DNA of 64,000 nucleotides from IMG/VR virus record IMGVR_UViG_3300041416_000287, positions 176,449 to 240,448 of that record; one strand, 5' to 3'. Shown piece by piece: positions 49,969 to 58,431 of this stretch (position 1 is its first letter; each line of letters starts with the position of its first letter). The notes under the pieces were generated by a model. It saw only the letters and a program-made list of their open reading frames with translations, ran no database searches and was not told where the DNA came from. The position numbers and the translations under genes were made by a program.

Positions 49969-50736
49969 TTATGTGGAGGCGACGACAGTGGTCATATCTC
50001 GAGTGTAATCGATGGCCACAACTTGATTCAAGAAGTTCTGTTGTACATATTCGACTTTGGCTGGAATCATAAGAACGCGATCTGTTCGGATGTAAACGTG
50101 TCGCTGGTCTTTCCACTCCTCCTTAGTTAGGGCTCCTAATAAATCAGGATCTTGAGCTGGTCGTAGAGGACCAGCAGTCGGGTATTGAAGCTTGTACCAT
50201 TGTCGAAGCAGCCGTTCCGAGTCACGAATAGTAGTGTCACGGTATTCGGATGATCGCGATAATAGCATTTGAACATAACCAAGGGCACATTCAAAGGAAC
50301 AGAACTTTCGCTTCTCCACCCAGAATACATAGAGAATGCGATATCGAGCATTTCGAGGATTAGGATCGGTGTTAGTGAGGACCGTGAGCTCTTGACTACC
50401 GACTGGGATTCCCACCGCTGTCCCTGCAAAGTCTTCGAGACAGTGTTTGCACCGACCTCCGACTGGTAACTGTCCTCCAGTCTCAGTGAAGACTTGGAAG
50501 TCAGATTGATTAGTCGTGGCGATAATAATACTGCAATTATTTCGATCTTTCATGCAGAATACTGGAGCATGATTTGAAGTGCTATATTTAGGAGCCAAAA
50601 TAGCAGTATTTTGGGCAATCGTGATTTTCGTCTTCAAAGCAGGCGGTCGAGAAAATATACCTGTTTGATAGTCGATTAGTAATTTATTTGGATCGAGTCC
50701 CTTTAGTAAGAAGGTCGGGGTGACGCGCGTGGCCAT
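49969..50736 (-). CDS. VLTF2: Late transcription factor VLTF2 (poxvirus A1-like)
   Basis: CKHC...F....VGIP...FCSFECALGY...AQDPDLL..LT.EEW. Confidence 0.8.
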   Translation of the reverse strand: MATRVTPTFLLKGLDPNKLLIDYQTGIFSRPPALKTKITIAQNTAILAPKYSTSNHAPVFCMKDRNNCSIIIATTNQSDFQVFTETGGQLPVGGRCKHCLEDFAGTAVGIPVGSQELTVLTNTDPNPRNARYRILYVFWVEKRKFCSFECALGYVQMLLSRSSEYRDTTIRDSERLLRQWYKLQYPTAGPLRPAQDPDLLGALTKEEWKDQRHVYIRTDRVLMIPAKVEYVQQNFLNQVVAIDYTRDMTTVVAST

Positions 50737-50794
50737 AAATGTTTATATATTATACCATTGAATCATCTCTTCATCAAATCGAACCCGAACAGAT

Positions 50795-51592
50795 ATGAGC
50801 TCAGAGTTTGTCCATGCGGCAGATACCGTGTGTGAAGTTGAGTTGAACACTGATCCTACTAGTGGGCTGGGAATCAGTAGTAAGTCGTTACAGTACGATA
50901 CTGCAAGTTCTGAATCTTCTCCCGACTCTGAGCGAAAACTATTAGTAAGTTCATCCAAGAAGAAGACACTTCCGGCACATCGCGGAACCCTTTATATGCG
51001 CATCGGACCAATGTTTTCGGGGAAAACAACCTGGTTGAATGGTGAATTAACCCAACTTTCAGATAAGGGCTTTTCAGTTCTCAAAGTCATTCATGATGAT
51101 GACAGTCGCGAGGATGTTGAGTCTTCTGATCCTAGCGGATCGACTCATAATTCCAGTTATCGAAGCTTGTCCCGAAAAATTACATGCATTAGAGCTTCCG
51201 CATTGATGCAAATTGATATTTCACCCTTTCACGTCATTGGTGTTGATGAATCACAATTCTTCCCAGATCTCTTGGCATTTGCTGAGTATGTAGTGGAAAC
51301 GAAGGGTAAGCATCTTAGAGTTGCTGGACTTGATGGTGACTTTCAAAAGCAGAGGTTCGGACAGAGCTTGGATCTCATTCCTATGTCGGATGAAGCGATT
51401 AAGTTGAATGCCGACTGCAAAATTTGTCTCGCTGAACTTGAGCGAGCTGATTTTCATGGCAATATTTTGGCCATCTCCGGTCCCTTCACTAAACGCCTAG
51501 GAGATTCGATGGAACAGAAGTTAGTGGGTGGTAAGGATGAGTATATTCCCATGTGTCGCTTCCATCATGCCACCTATGTTCGGCCAAAGTAA
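50795..51592 (+). CDS. tdk: Thymidine kinase (type II)
   Basis: GPMFSGKTT, IGVDESQFF, VAGLDGDF...FG, C..C, VGG...Y.P.CR. Confidence 0.93.
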   Translation: MSSEFVHAADTVCEVELNTDPTSGLGISSKSLQYDTASSESSPDSERKLLVSSSKKKTLPAHRGTLYMRIGPMFSGKTTWLNGELTQLSDKGFSVLKVIHDDDSREDVESSDPSGSTHNSSYRSLSRKITCIRASALMQIDISPFHVIGVDESQFFPDLLAFAEYVVETKGKHLRVAGLDGDFQKQRFGQSLDLIPMSDEAIKLNADCKICLAELERADFHGNILAISGPFTKRLGDSMEQKLVGGKDEYIPMCRFHHATYVRPK

Positions 51593-51635
51593 CGAAGTGA
51601 AAAATCCCTAAAATATATGCATAGACAGCATATAT

Positions 51636-52523
51636 TTATTCTATCAACAGGTTCGTTGAGCAAGTAAGAACTAGAGGAAGCGTACATTGATCTAAGGGAG
51701 TTGAGAAATCCTTGAGGTCAATCAGATACACCCCATCTCCTCGACGATAGAGGGAACCGTTTACCGTTCCGATTCGATTTTTGTCATCTTTGAAATGTAG
51801 TAGAATTTTACCGGGAGTAAAATCGGGTAGGCGAGTTTCCGTATCAAAAGGATAGATTACTAGCTTCTCACGGTAATCATTGAGAATTTCTACGGTCATC
51901 GTAAGACTACTACGTTTAAGGATGGTATTATTGTCTCGCCCGGCATAATCGGGTTTAATGACATAAGGAATATACTCATGGATATCATGAGCATTAATAT
52001 CTGGTTCGGTTAATGAACTGAAATCTGACGAATTTCCATGTTGAGAGACCTCAGGCAATGACACACTCCTCAGTGTATCCACCGAAATTGACGATCGGGC
52101 GGGAACCTGAACAGGGGCCGAGGCCGGTACCAGATCTCGATCGGATAGTGAACTCATCAGCCGACCAGAAGTTTCCTCCAGTTTCTGAATGCGAGCAACC
52201 AGGTCAGATCCTCCGTTACTTCGCAATGACTGGTAACTCTGCTCTAATTCATTGCAACGTCGCTGCAATTCTGTACATACGGCTTTCATAGTTGACAACT
52301 CAGCAATTATTTCATCCGCGACTCGAGTATCACTGACATGATCGATTTGTTCGTTTTCATCAGCCATCACGCTAATGATATGGGGTCTATCTCGAATCGG
52401 ATTCGACGGAGGATCTCGAGATAGAGCACCCTGAGCTGGACTACTACGAACATCTCGATCGACATCCTGGACCCAACGAGATTGTCTTTTCGCTAATGCA
52501 TCACGACTGCCTAATCCGTACAT
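51636..52523 (-). CDS. Hypothetical coiled-coil protein
   Basis: 295-aa ORF, TAAATG start, TCTAAAGA about 25 bp upstream. Confidence 0.7.
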   Translation of the reverse strand: MYGLGSRDALAKRQSRWVQDVDRDVRSSPAQGALSRDPPSNPIRDRPHIISVMADENEQIDHVSDTRVADEIIAELSTMKAVCTELQRRCNELEQSYQSLRSNGGSDLVARIQKLEETSGRLMSSLSDRDLVPASAPVQVPARSSISVDTLRSVSLPEVSQHGNSSDFSSLTEPDINAHDIHEYIPYVIKPDYAGRDNNTILKRSSLTMTVEILNDYREKLVIYPFDTETRLPDFTPGKILLHFKDDKNRIGTVNGSLYRRGDGVYLIDLKDFSTPLDQCTLPLVLTCSTNLLIE

Positions 52524-52658
52524 TTAATCTTTCTGACCAGTTCTTTAGATCTTAGTATTATTCAGGGACCTATCTCTAAGAGATGCGTTCACCCATCTAA
52601 GAGATGAATTCACCTACATTTATCCATCTATGAGTCAACTCATAGATGTCATACTAAT

Positions 52659-53447
52659 TTAGATGGTAAGGGTGATCGATTCTAAGCTAATAGCAGGTAC
52701 TTGCAGCTTGAGGGAGACTGGTAATTTATCATCGGCATCACTCTCATACCACTCAATGGTTCCCTGAACAAACGTCTCTGCTTCATTGGGATCCATAATG
52801 GTGGCCAGTCTCGCTACGGCATCTTCACGCTTAGCCAGATCATCCTTGAGAACAACTCTTCGGCATTGGGCCATGACTTGATCGACCAACTTCATCACCT
52901 TGGCTCCGACCGTATAAACTTCTTCTAGAAATTCAGGGTCCACCACTTTGGCAACACCAAAGTAGGAACCAAAGGGCAACTGTAGGCTTCTCAATCGTTC
53001 GATATCCTTAGCCATGATGATGGGACGAATCGGCTCATTCTTATCCGCAAGATAAATATCGTCAAACCCAAATTCCACCAATAATTTGAAGTACACATCA
53101 GCTTTCATCTGGTAAGCACCGGGAAAATGCGTAATCTCCTCACCTAGATGCACTAGGAATGGTCGTTCCTTAACGGCAGAAAAATCGGGCAGCTGCCAAA
53201 TAATGTCAGTATATTCGCGAGCCCGTTCGTTTGTTAATCGTTCCAGCTCTTTCTCGGCCGAATCCCGATCGAGAAACCCACTCAATACTCGGAACTTATC
53301 ATCCTGAAATCCTTTTATTCTCTCTTCATCTTCCGGACCAAATGCTGGACCGGTGATCACCAGAAGCTGAAAGTAACACAACTCATGGGGATCCTCACTC
53401 GGTTTGGATGAGATAATGAGACAACGCGACAACATGGTATTTTCCAC
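52659..53447 (-). CDS. Hypothetical protein
   Basis: 262-aa ORF ending near hairpin CATCTATGAG-tcaa-CTCATAGATG. Confidence 0.7.
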   Translation of the reverse strand: MENTMLSRCLIISSKPSEDPHELCYFQLLVITGPAFGPEDEERIKGFQDDKFRVLSGFLDRDSAEKELERLTNERAREYTDIIWQLPDFSAVKERPFLVHLGEEITHFPGAYQMKADVYFKLLVEFGFDDIYLADKNEPIRPIIMAKDIERLRSLQLPFGSYFGVAKVVDPEFLEEVYTVGAKVMKLVDQVMAQCRRVVLKDDLAKREDAVARLATIMDPNEAETFVQGTIEWYESDADDKLPVSLKLQVPAISLESITLTI

Positions 53448-53535
53448 AGCATGTTAATAATACTTTACCAATCAAATAGCGTACAAAAATGAAATATACT
53501 TAATACTGGAAGGATGATAATTATAGATTATTAAA

Positions 53536-54879
53536 ATGGGAATCAAGGGACTAAACGAATTAGGTAAGCGACACGCGGCCAATGCATTTATCCAAGTGCC
53601 AATTGCCTGGTTTGCGGGGAAGCGTATTGTTATTGATGGGCAGAATTGGATGTATACGAACATGGCCATTGCGCGTAAGAAAGTGGTGAATCGAACCGAT
53701 GTCGCCCTGGGTGAGCCAAATCCATTTGAGGTAAAACGTGAGTGGTTTCTGGCCGCTCTTAACTTCATTATCGGATGGTTGAGTTTCAATGTCACACCGG
53801 TCTTTACTTTCGATGGGCAAGCCCCTCCAGAGAAGGATGAGACTAAGGCCAAACGTCGTGATGCCAAAATTGCAGCTCGGGCCAAAATCGATGCCCTTTA
53901 TCAGCAACTGGCGGGGAATATGCTAGATCGTCCCGGGAAAATCATCGAAGAATTGCGTAAGGAGCTCAGAAACTATAATTTCATTCCCGGCGAAGATTTC
54001 GAGTTGTTCAAGATGATTATCAAACGAATCGGGGTCCCGACGCTACAAGCACGCGGCGATGGGGAGCATCTTTGCTCTGCCCTCTGTCTCGAGGGTAAAG
54101 TAGCCGCCGTCTTCTCGGCCGACACTGATAACTTGGTGTATGGATGTCCATTACTCATAACTAGCTTTAGTGACTTTGCCACCTATGATGAGCATGGATA
54201 TCGAGTTCCCCATCTTGAGTGTGTGCGTCTTGATCGTCTATTAACCGGATTGAATTTGACCCATTCGGCCTTTGTCGATCTTTGTATTATGAGTGGGTGT
54301 GACTTTAATACGAATATGCCGGGATATGCCGCCATCAAGTCCTACAAGTTACTACAGCAGCATGGTTCTATTGATGCCTTGCCCCGTCAATTTAACATTG
54401 CCTGCCTGAAACATATTCGCTGTCGAGAGATCTTCAGCTTCTGCCCTAGTGATGAGCTTACTATTCGACCTGCCGCTGAGCCCGAGAGCAATGATGAATT
54501 TGCTGCAACACCCCAACCAGTTGTGAATCCGTTAGAGTTAAATAAGCGAGCCATCGCTACAGCTCGTGATTGTTTGGAGTTAGTAGGGGTGAGTGGTCAG
54601 ATCGAGCGCATTATCACCGCTTACCATGGGGTTACTATCGCTGCCGATGGACATATTCAAGAATTGGCTCTCGAGCTAGTTCCGCATTATATTCCCCCAG
54701 TAGTTGCCCCCAAGATGATGCTGAATATTCAGCGCATGCCACCGGTAATTCCGCTTGGTACCCCGCAACCGACCCTAGCCCCGATTCCGGGAGTAAATCT
54801 GGGAACAAATCCGATCCCAGATTTGCCAGCACCTCCAGTCAAGAAATTCTTGACTCTGAAGATAGTGCCAGTAGCCTAA
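53536..54879 (+). CDS. FEN1: Flap endonuclease FEN1/XPG (RAD2) family
   Basis: MGIKGL, IDG, PVFTFDG.AP.EK...R, GDGE..C, S.DTD...YG, F.DLCI.SGCDF. Confidence 0.92.
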   Translation: MGIKGLNELGKRHAANAFIQVPIAWFAGKRIVIDGQNWMYTNMAIARKKVVNRTDVALGEPNPFEVKREWFLAALNFIIGWLSFNVTPVFTFDGQAPPEKDETKAKRRDAKIAARAKIDALYQQLAGNMLDRPGKIIEELRKELRNYNFIPGEDFELFKMIIKRIGVPTLQARGDGEHLCSALCLEGKVAAVFSADTDNLVYGCPLLITSFSDFATYDEHGYRVPHLECVRLDRLLTGLNLTHSAFVDLCIMSGCDFNTNMPGYAAIKSYKLLQQHGSIDALPRQFNIACLKHIRCREIFSFCPSDELTIRPAAEPESNDEFAATPQPVVNPLELNKRAIATARDCLELVGVSGQIERIITAYHGVTIAADGHIQELALELVPHYIPPVVAPKMMLNIQRMPPVIPLGTPQPTLAPIPGVNLGTNPIPDLPAPPVKKFLTLKIVPVA

Positions 54880-54935
54880 GGCCCCGAGGGAAATAAAAAT
54901 CTCGACCTATGTATCAGATGCCTGATACATTAGAC

Positions 54936-55430
54936 TTAACTCACTGGTTGTGTACATTGAGGTGGTGGTGGATTAAGGGTTGTCCAAGGACATCCTGGAG
55001 TGTTAGGCATACAACAACATGCTGCCCCTGAGGTTACGGTACCAACACTTTGTGGACACCCTGCGAAACAATTACCCGTTTGTGTCGCCATACCAGTTGG
55101 ACAATTACAGGCTAAAATACCTGTTCCTCCGGGAACAGGAGGAGTACATACATTAGCTATTGCCGATGTGGGACCGAATAAGCAACTAGACATTCCAGTT
55201 GGTCCCGGATTGGTGAAACAAGGACTAAACCCAGAGCCAGTAGCACAACTAGTGTTACAAGTCCAAGTATCTGAACACCAGTAATTGGGGAATAGGTAAC
55301 ATTGGTGATCTTGGAACCACACTCCTAAGACCCAAGTTAACACACCTAACATAATCACAACGAGAATACCGAATGTGATTACATAAGGTAGAGGATCAGC
55401 CGTGTCTCTTTCGGTCTGATTGGTATCCAT
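54936..55430 (-). CDS. N-anchored Cys-rich membrane protein
   Basis: TM helix then CYLFPNYWCSDTWTC...; probable start MDTNQT. Confidence 0.7.
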   Translation of the reverse strand: MDTNQTERDTADPLPYVITFGILVVIMLGVLTWVLGVWFQDHQCYLFPNYWCSDTWTCNTSCATGSGFSPCFTNPGPTGMSSCLFGPTSAIANVCTPPVPGGTGILACNCPTGMATQTGNCFAGCPQSVGTVTSGAACCCMPNTPGCPWTTLNPPPPQCTQPVS

Positions 55431-55475
55431 AGATATTTGGTTAGGGACCAAATATCTTAATGTTAATCATATATG

Positions 55476-55754
55476 TTATATTGATGAGATGAGATTACCA
55501 TTATCATCTACGATAGAGAGCGCCGCATTTGAGCATCGCCATTGTCCAGGAGGTCCCGCCGGCATTTTAGCATACCCAAAGCAAGGCGGTTGGGATGGTG
55601 TATCGCACGGACATTGGACAGTAAAACAAAAGGTGCTCTGCTGGGTTATACAGGTATTCAAGGAATTGCTCAAACTTACTCCCGCCACAATGAGGACAAT
55701 GATGATAATCACCATAATAACGTTTACTACTATTCCGGTAACACTCAACACCAT
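55476..55754 (-). CDS. Small N-anchored Cys-rich membrane protein
   Basis: TM helix then CITQQSTFCFTVQCPC; TAAATG start. Confidence 0.7.
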   Translation of the reverse strand: MVLSVTGIVVNVIMVIIIIVLIVAGVSLSNSLNTCITQQSTFCFTVQCPCDTPSQPPCFGYAKMPAGPPGQWRCSNAALSIVDDNGNLISSI

Positions 55755-55782
55755 TTACATAGACTAGTAAAATAGCTCCTGC

Positions 55783-56592
55783 ATGGTTAGTTCGCAGACC
55801 AATGTCTCGTCGTTTCAACAAAGTTTCATCAATAACATCCTCCAACAAAGTCAACAGAACTGTTTGGTTCAATCGACAAATACGGCCAGCAATAATGTCA
55901 CCATCATAAATGGTGCCACTATTGATGGTAATGTGATAGGAGTGACTATTACCGCCCATACTGATGCAAGTTGTTTGATGACCTCAAGTATGGAGGATTC
56001 GGTTCAAAATATGCTTTCGGCCATTCTTCAACAAGCTAATCAGGCGGCAACCGATATCATGAATGGTGGTCAAATAACAATGGAGACGAACACATTCAGT
56101 ATTGACCAATCCGTTACCAACAATATCAGCCAGATTAACCAGACCACCTGTTCCGTCAATACTTCCACTTCCACCAATAACAATTATCTTTATGTAAGTG
56201 GCAAGGTCGGCGGTAATGTAATTGGAGTTACTCAGGCCACCGATACTAAGATGAACTGTTCCGTATCTAATATTATGAAGAACACTACTTATAATCAGGC
56301 CCAAGCCAGTGCCACCCAAAGTAATACGGCTGTTGGTATGTTTGCCTTGATGTTCGCGGTAATAGGCGGTATAATCGGCCTATTCGTCATTGGATACATT
56401 ATTTACTACGCAACCGGGTCTAGTAGGAATGTTGGGTACCAGGCGCCTCGGCTGACTCGCGAGCAGGAAGAACTGCAAGCGGCCCAGACATTGGGATTAG
56501 GCCCAGAGGAACTACAGATCTTGGCGGAAGGAGGAGTCAGCGCATCACCAGCATTTGGTGGAGGGGGATCACCGCTCGCAGCCACGGCCTAA
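55783..56592 (+). CDS. Virion membrane protein, poxvirus L1/F9-like
   Basis: Asn/Gln/Ser/Thr-rich helical domain with spaced Cys (QQNC, ASC, TTC, MNC) and C-terminal TM. Confidence 0.72.
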   Translation: MVSSQTNVSSFQQSFINNILQQSQQNCLVQSTNTASNNVTIINGATIDGNVIGVTITAHTDASCLMTSSMEDSVQNMLSAILQQANQAATDIMNGGQITMETNTFSIDQSVTNNISQINQTTCSVNTSTSTNNNYLYVSGKVGGNVIGVTQATDTKMNCSVSNIMKNTTYNQAQASATQSNTAVGMFALMFAVIGGIIGLFVIGYIIYYATGSSRNVGYQAPRLTREQEELQAAQTLGLGPEELQILAEGGVSASPAFGGGGSPLAATA

Positions 56593-56614
56593 ATATATCT
56601 GCACGCAGATATAT

Positions 56615-57268
56615 CTAAAGAGTCTCACAGGGGACGAAATCCTGATACTGGGGAAATCGCTTCACGGCGGCGACAAATTCTTTCTCGTGATCATCTTCCC
56701 GAAGCAACAAAGTGTGGGTCGTTTCCGCATCAAGATCATGTTCTGACTCAATGGTGAGATCCGGTTCCGGAACTTCACTGCGGTAAACTCGCACTGTGAC
56801 CACATATGGTAAAGTCTTGATAATATATCGTGATTCATTGCGATAACGCCAATCTGTCACAACATACTTCATGTTAGGATCCGTGACCTGTTTCGCAGCG
56901 GCCGCACACCAATAGTTGGGATTTTCAGCTCGGCGAACAGCACCCCATTCAATGTAAATATCACGCGCGGAAACTTGAGCCCCAGTCTGATAATGAATAA
57001 ACTGCTTTCGATCTTTCTCAGCATCCGAGACCACTAATGGAATACCATACTGGAGACTGGCTTCTCGTTTCAGTTGATCAGCAAAGGCAAGACGTTGGTA
57101 CTCACCATCTCCCCTAAACTCCATCCACTCGTTGTCCGGGTGCTTGTAAACGCGCCATTTGAATCGGGATGTCGAATCATCCGGATTGGATAGAATATTA
57201 AAGAGCATATCCTTGCCTGTTCGACGATATCCCGCAACCAGAAATATAGTCCCAGTATTTGTTGCCAT
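56615..57268 (-). CDS. Deoxynucleoside monophosphate kinase-like P-loop protein
   Basis: AGYRRTGKD, AFADQLK, R..N.NYW, VVTDWRY.NE, SEHDLD. Confidence 0.78.
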   Translation of the reverse strand: MATNTGTIFLVAGYRRTGKDMLFNILSNPDDSTSRFKWRVYKHPDNEWMEFRGDGEYQRLAFADQLKREASLQYGIPLVVSDAEKDRKQFIHYQTGAQVSARDIYIEWGAVRRAENPNYWCAAAAKQVTDPNMKYVVTDWRYRNESRYIIKTLPYVVTVRVYRSEVPEPDLTIESEHDLDAETTHTLLLREDDHEKEFVAAVKRFPQYQDFVPCETL

Positions 57269-57307
57269 TTGGATCTTCTCCAATGATCGCGATTTAATCA
57301 ATCGGTT

Positions 57308-57517
57308 TTAACCCCATGGCCACCACCATCTCCTCGTAGGTGTTGGAGGAGGCAATGATGGAGTTCGTGACGGAATTTCTACATAATGATATCCAACCCA
57401 CCCAATTACAATGATGAGAACCCCTACATATCCCACAGTGGCTCCAACTAGAAGACCTGCAAATCCACATATGGTGGCATTCAAGCTAAGCGCAAGATTA
57501 TTCAAGTCTATAGCCAT
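57308..57517 (-). CDS. Small membrane protein
   Basis: Long hydrophobic segment, Pro/Trp-rich tail. Confidence 0.5.
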   Translation of the reverse strand: MAIDLNNLALSLNATICGFAGLLVGATVGYVGVLIIVIGWVGYHYVEIPSRTPSLPPPTPTRRWWWPWG

Positions 57518-57666
57518 TAATGTGTTGCTTTACAGGTACGTGCATACGTATTTAGGTTGCTTTAAATTACCTATCAATCTGAACAATTGCCGTTTCGACG
57601 CTAATAGGGTTAGTTGATGAGTTCAGGAAAACAAGTCGAACAAAATTTAGCCCTATAGTAAAGATC

Positions 57667-58275
57667 ATGGATACTGTGCCTTCCAGTCTTTCGTTCGATA
57701 TTAAAATTCCAGAAGGGAGTATGGTTGAGTTCGGTCAGGAGGTTACGTTTGAAAATTTTATTGGGCAATTTCAACCATACTGTGGGAAATTGTTATGTGT
57801 CGTTGATGGCACCATCCTGCATTATTACGACAAAAAAGGACCTCTACCTACTAATCTCCGATTCGATTACAAACAACGGCGTCGGACCCTAACGGAATAT
57901 TATTTTCGCAGTATTGATACAGATACTTTATACTGCGTATTCGGACGAGAAGCGGCTCGATCCTTCTATCCACGAATTGATGACGTGGATCCGGAGGGAA
58001 GCCACGAGATATCCTCCAAGATAAGTTCATCAACTAATCCTGCTAAAAAGCTAGCCCGTCCTCCGATAATGCAAGTAATAAAGCCTCCACAGATCCCATT
58101 ATTCCGGGAGCAAGTACAGGAGGCCACCCGAGTTCCGTCTCGCGAAGTACGCCAACTGCGTCAACTACGTCAGCCTCACATCCCCGAAGTTATAACGATT
58201 GTTGACAAAGGAGTTAAATTAACCTTCCCCAACCCAAATTATCCAGTAGAAGTGCGAACTTATTATCCGTCGTAA
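57667..58275 (+). CDS. Hypothetical protein
   Basis: 202-aa ORF followed by hairpin GTATGAG-att-CTCATAC. Confidence 0.65.
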   Translation: MDTVPSSLSFDIKIPEGSMVEFGQEVTFENFIGQFQPYCGKLLCVVDGTILHYYDKKGPLPTNLRFDYKQRRRTLTEYYFRSIDTDTLYCVFGREAARSFYPRIDDVDPEGSHEISSKISSSTNPAKKLARPPIMQVIKPPQIPLFREQVQEATRVPSREVRQLRQLRQPHIPEVITIVDKGVKLTFPNPNYPVEVRTYYPS

Positions 58276-58431
58276 TCACTAGTATGAGATTCTCATACCA
58301 GAGTGGGCTAATCATGCATCGGCATACTGAGCCAAATCTTAACCATTACAGGGGGACAATTCGCTATAATTCCGTCACAGAAATGATAGTTAGTTTTTAG
58401 TGGATAGTATTTATTGTTGGCTATAACAAGA

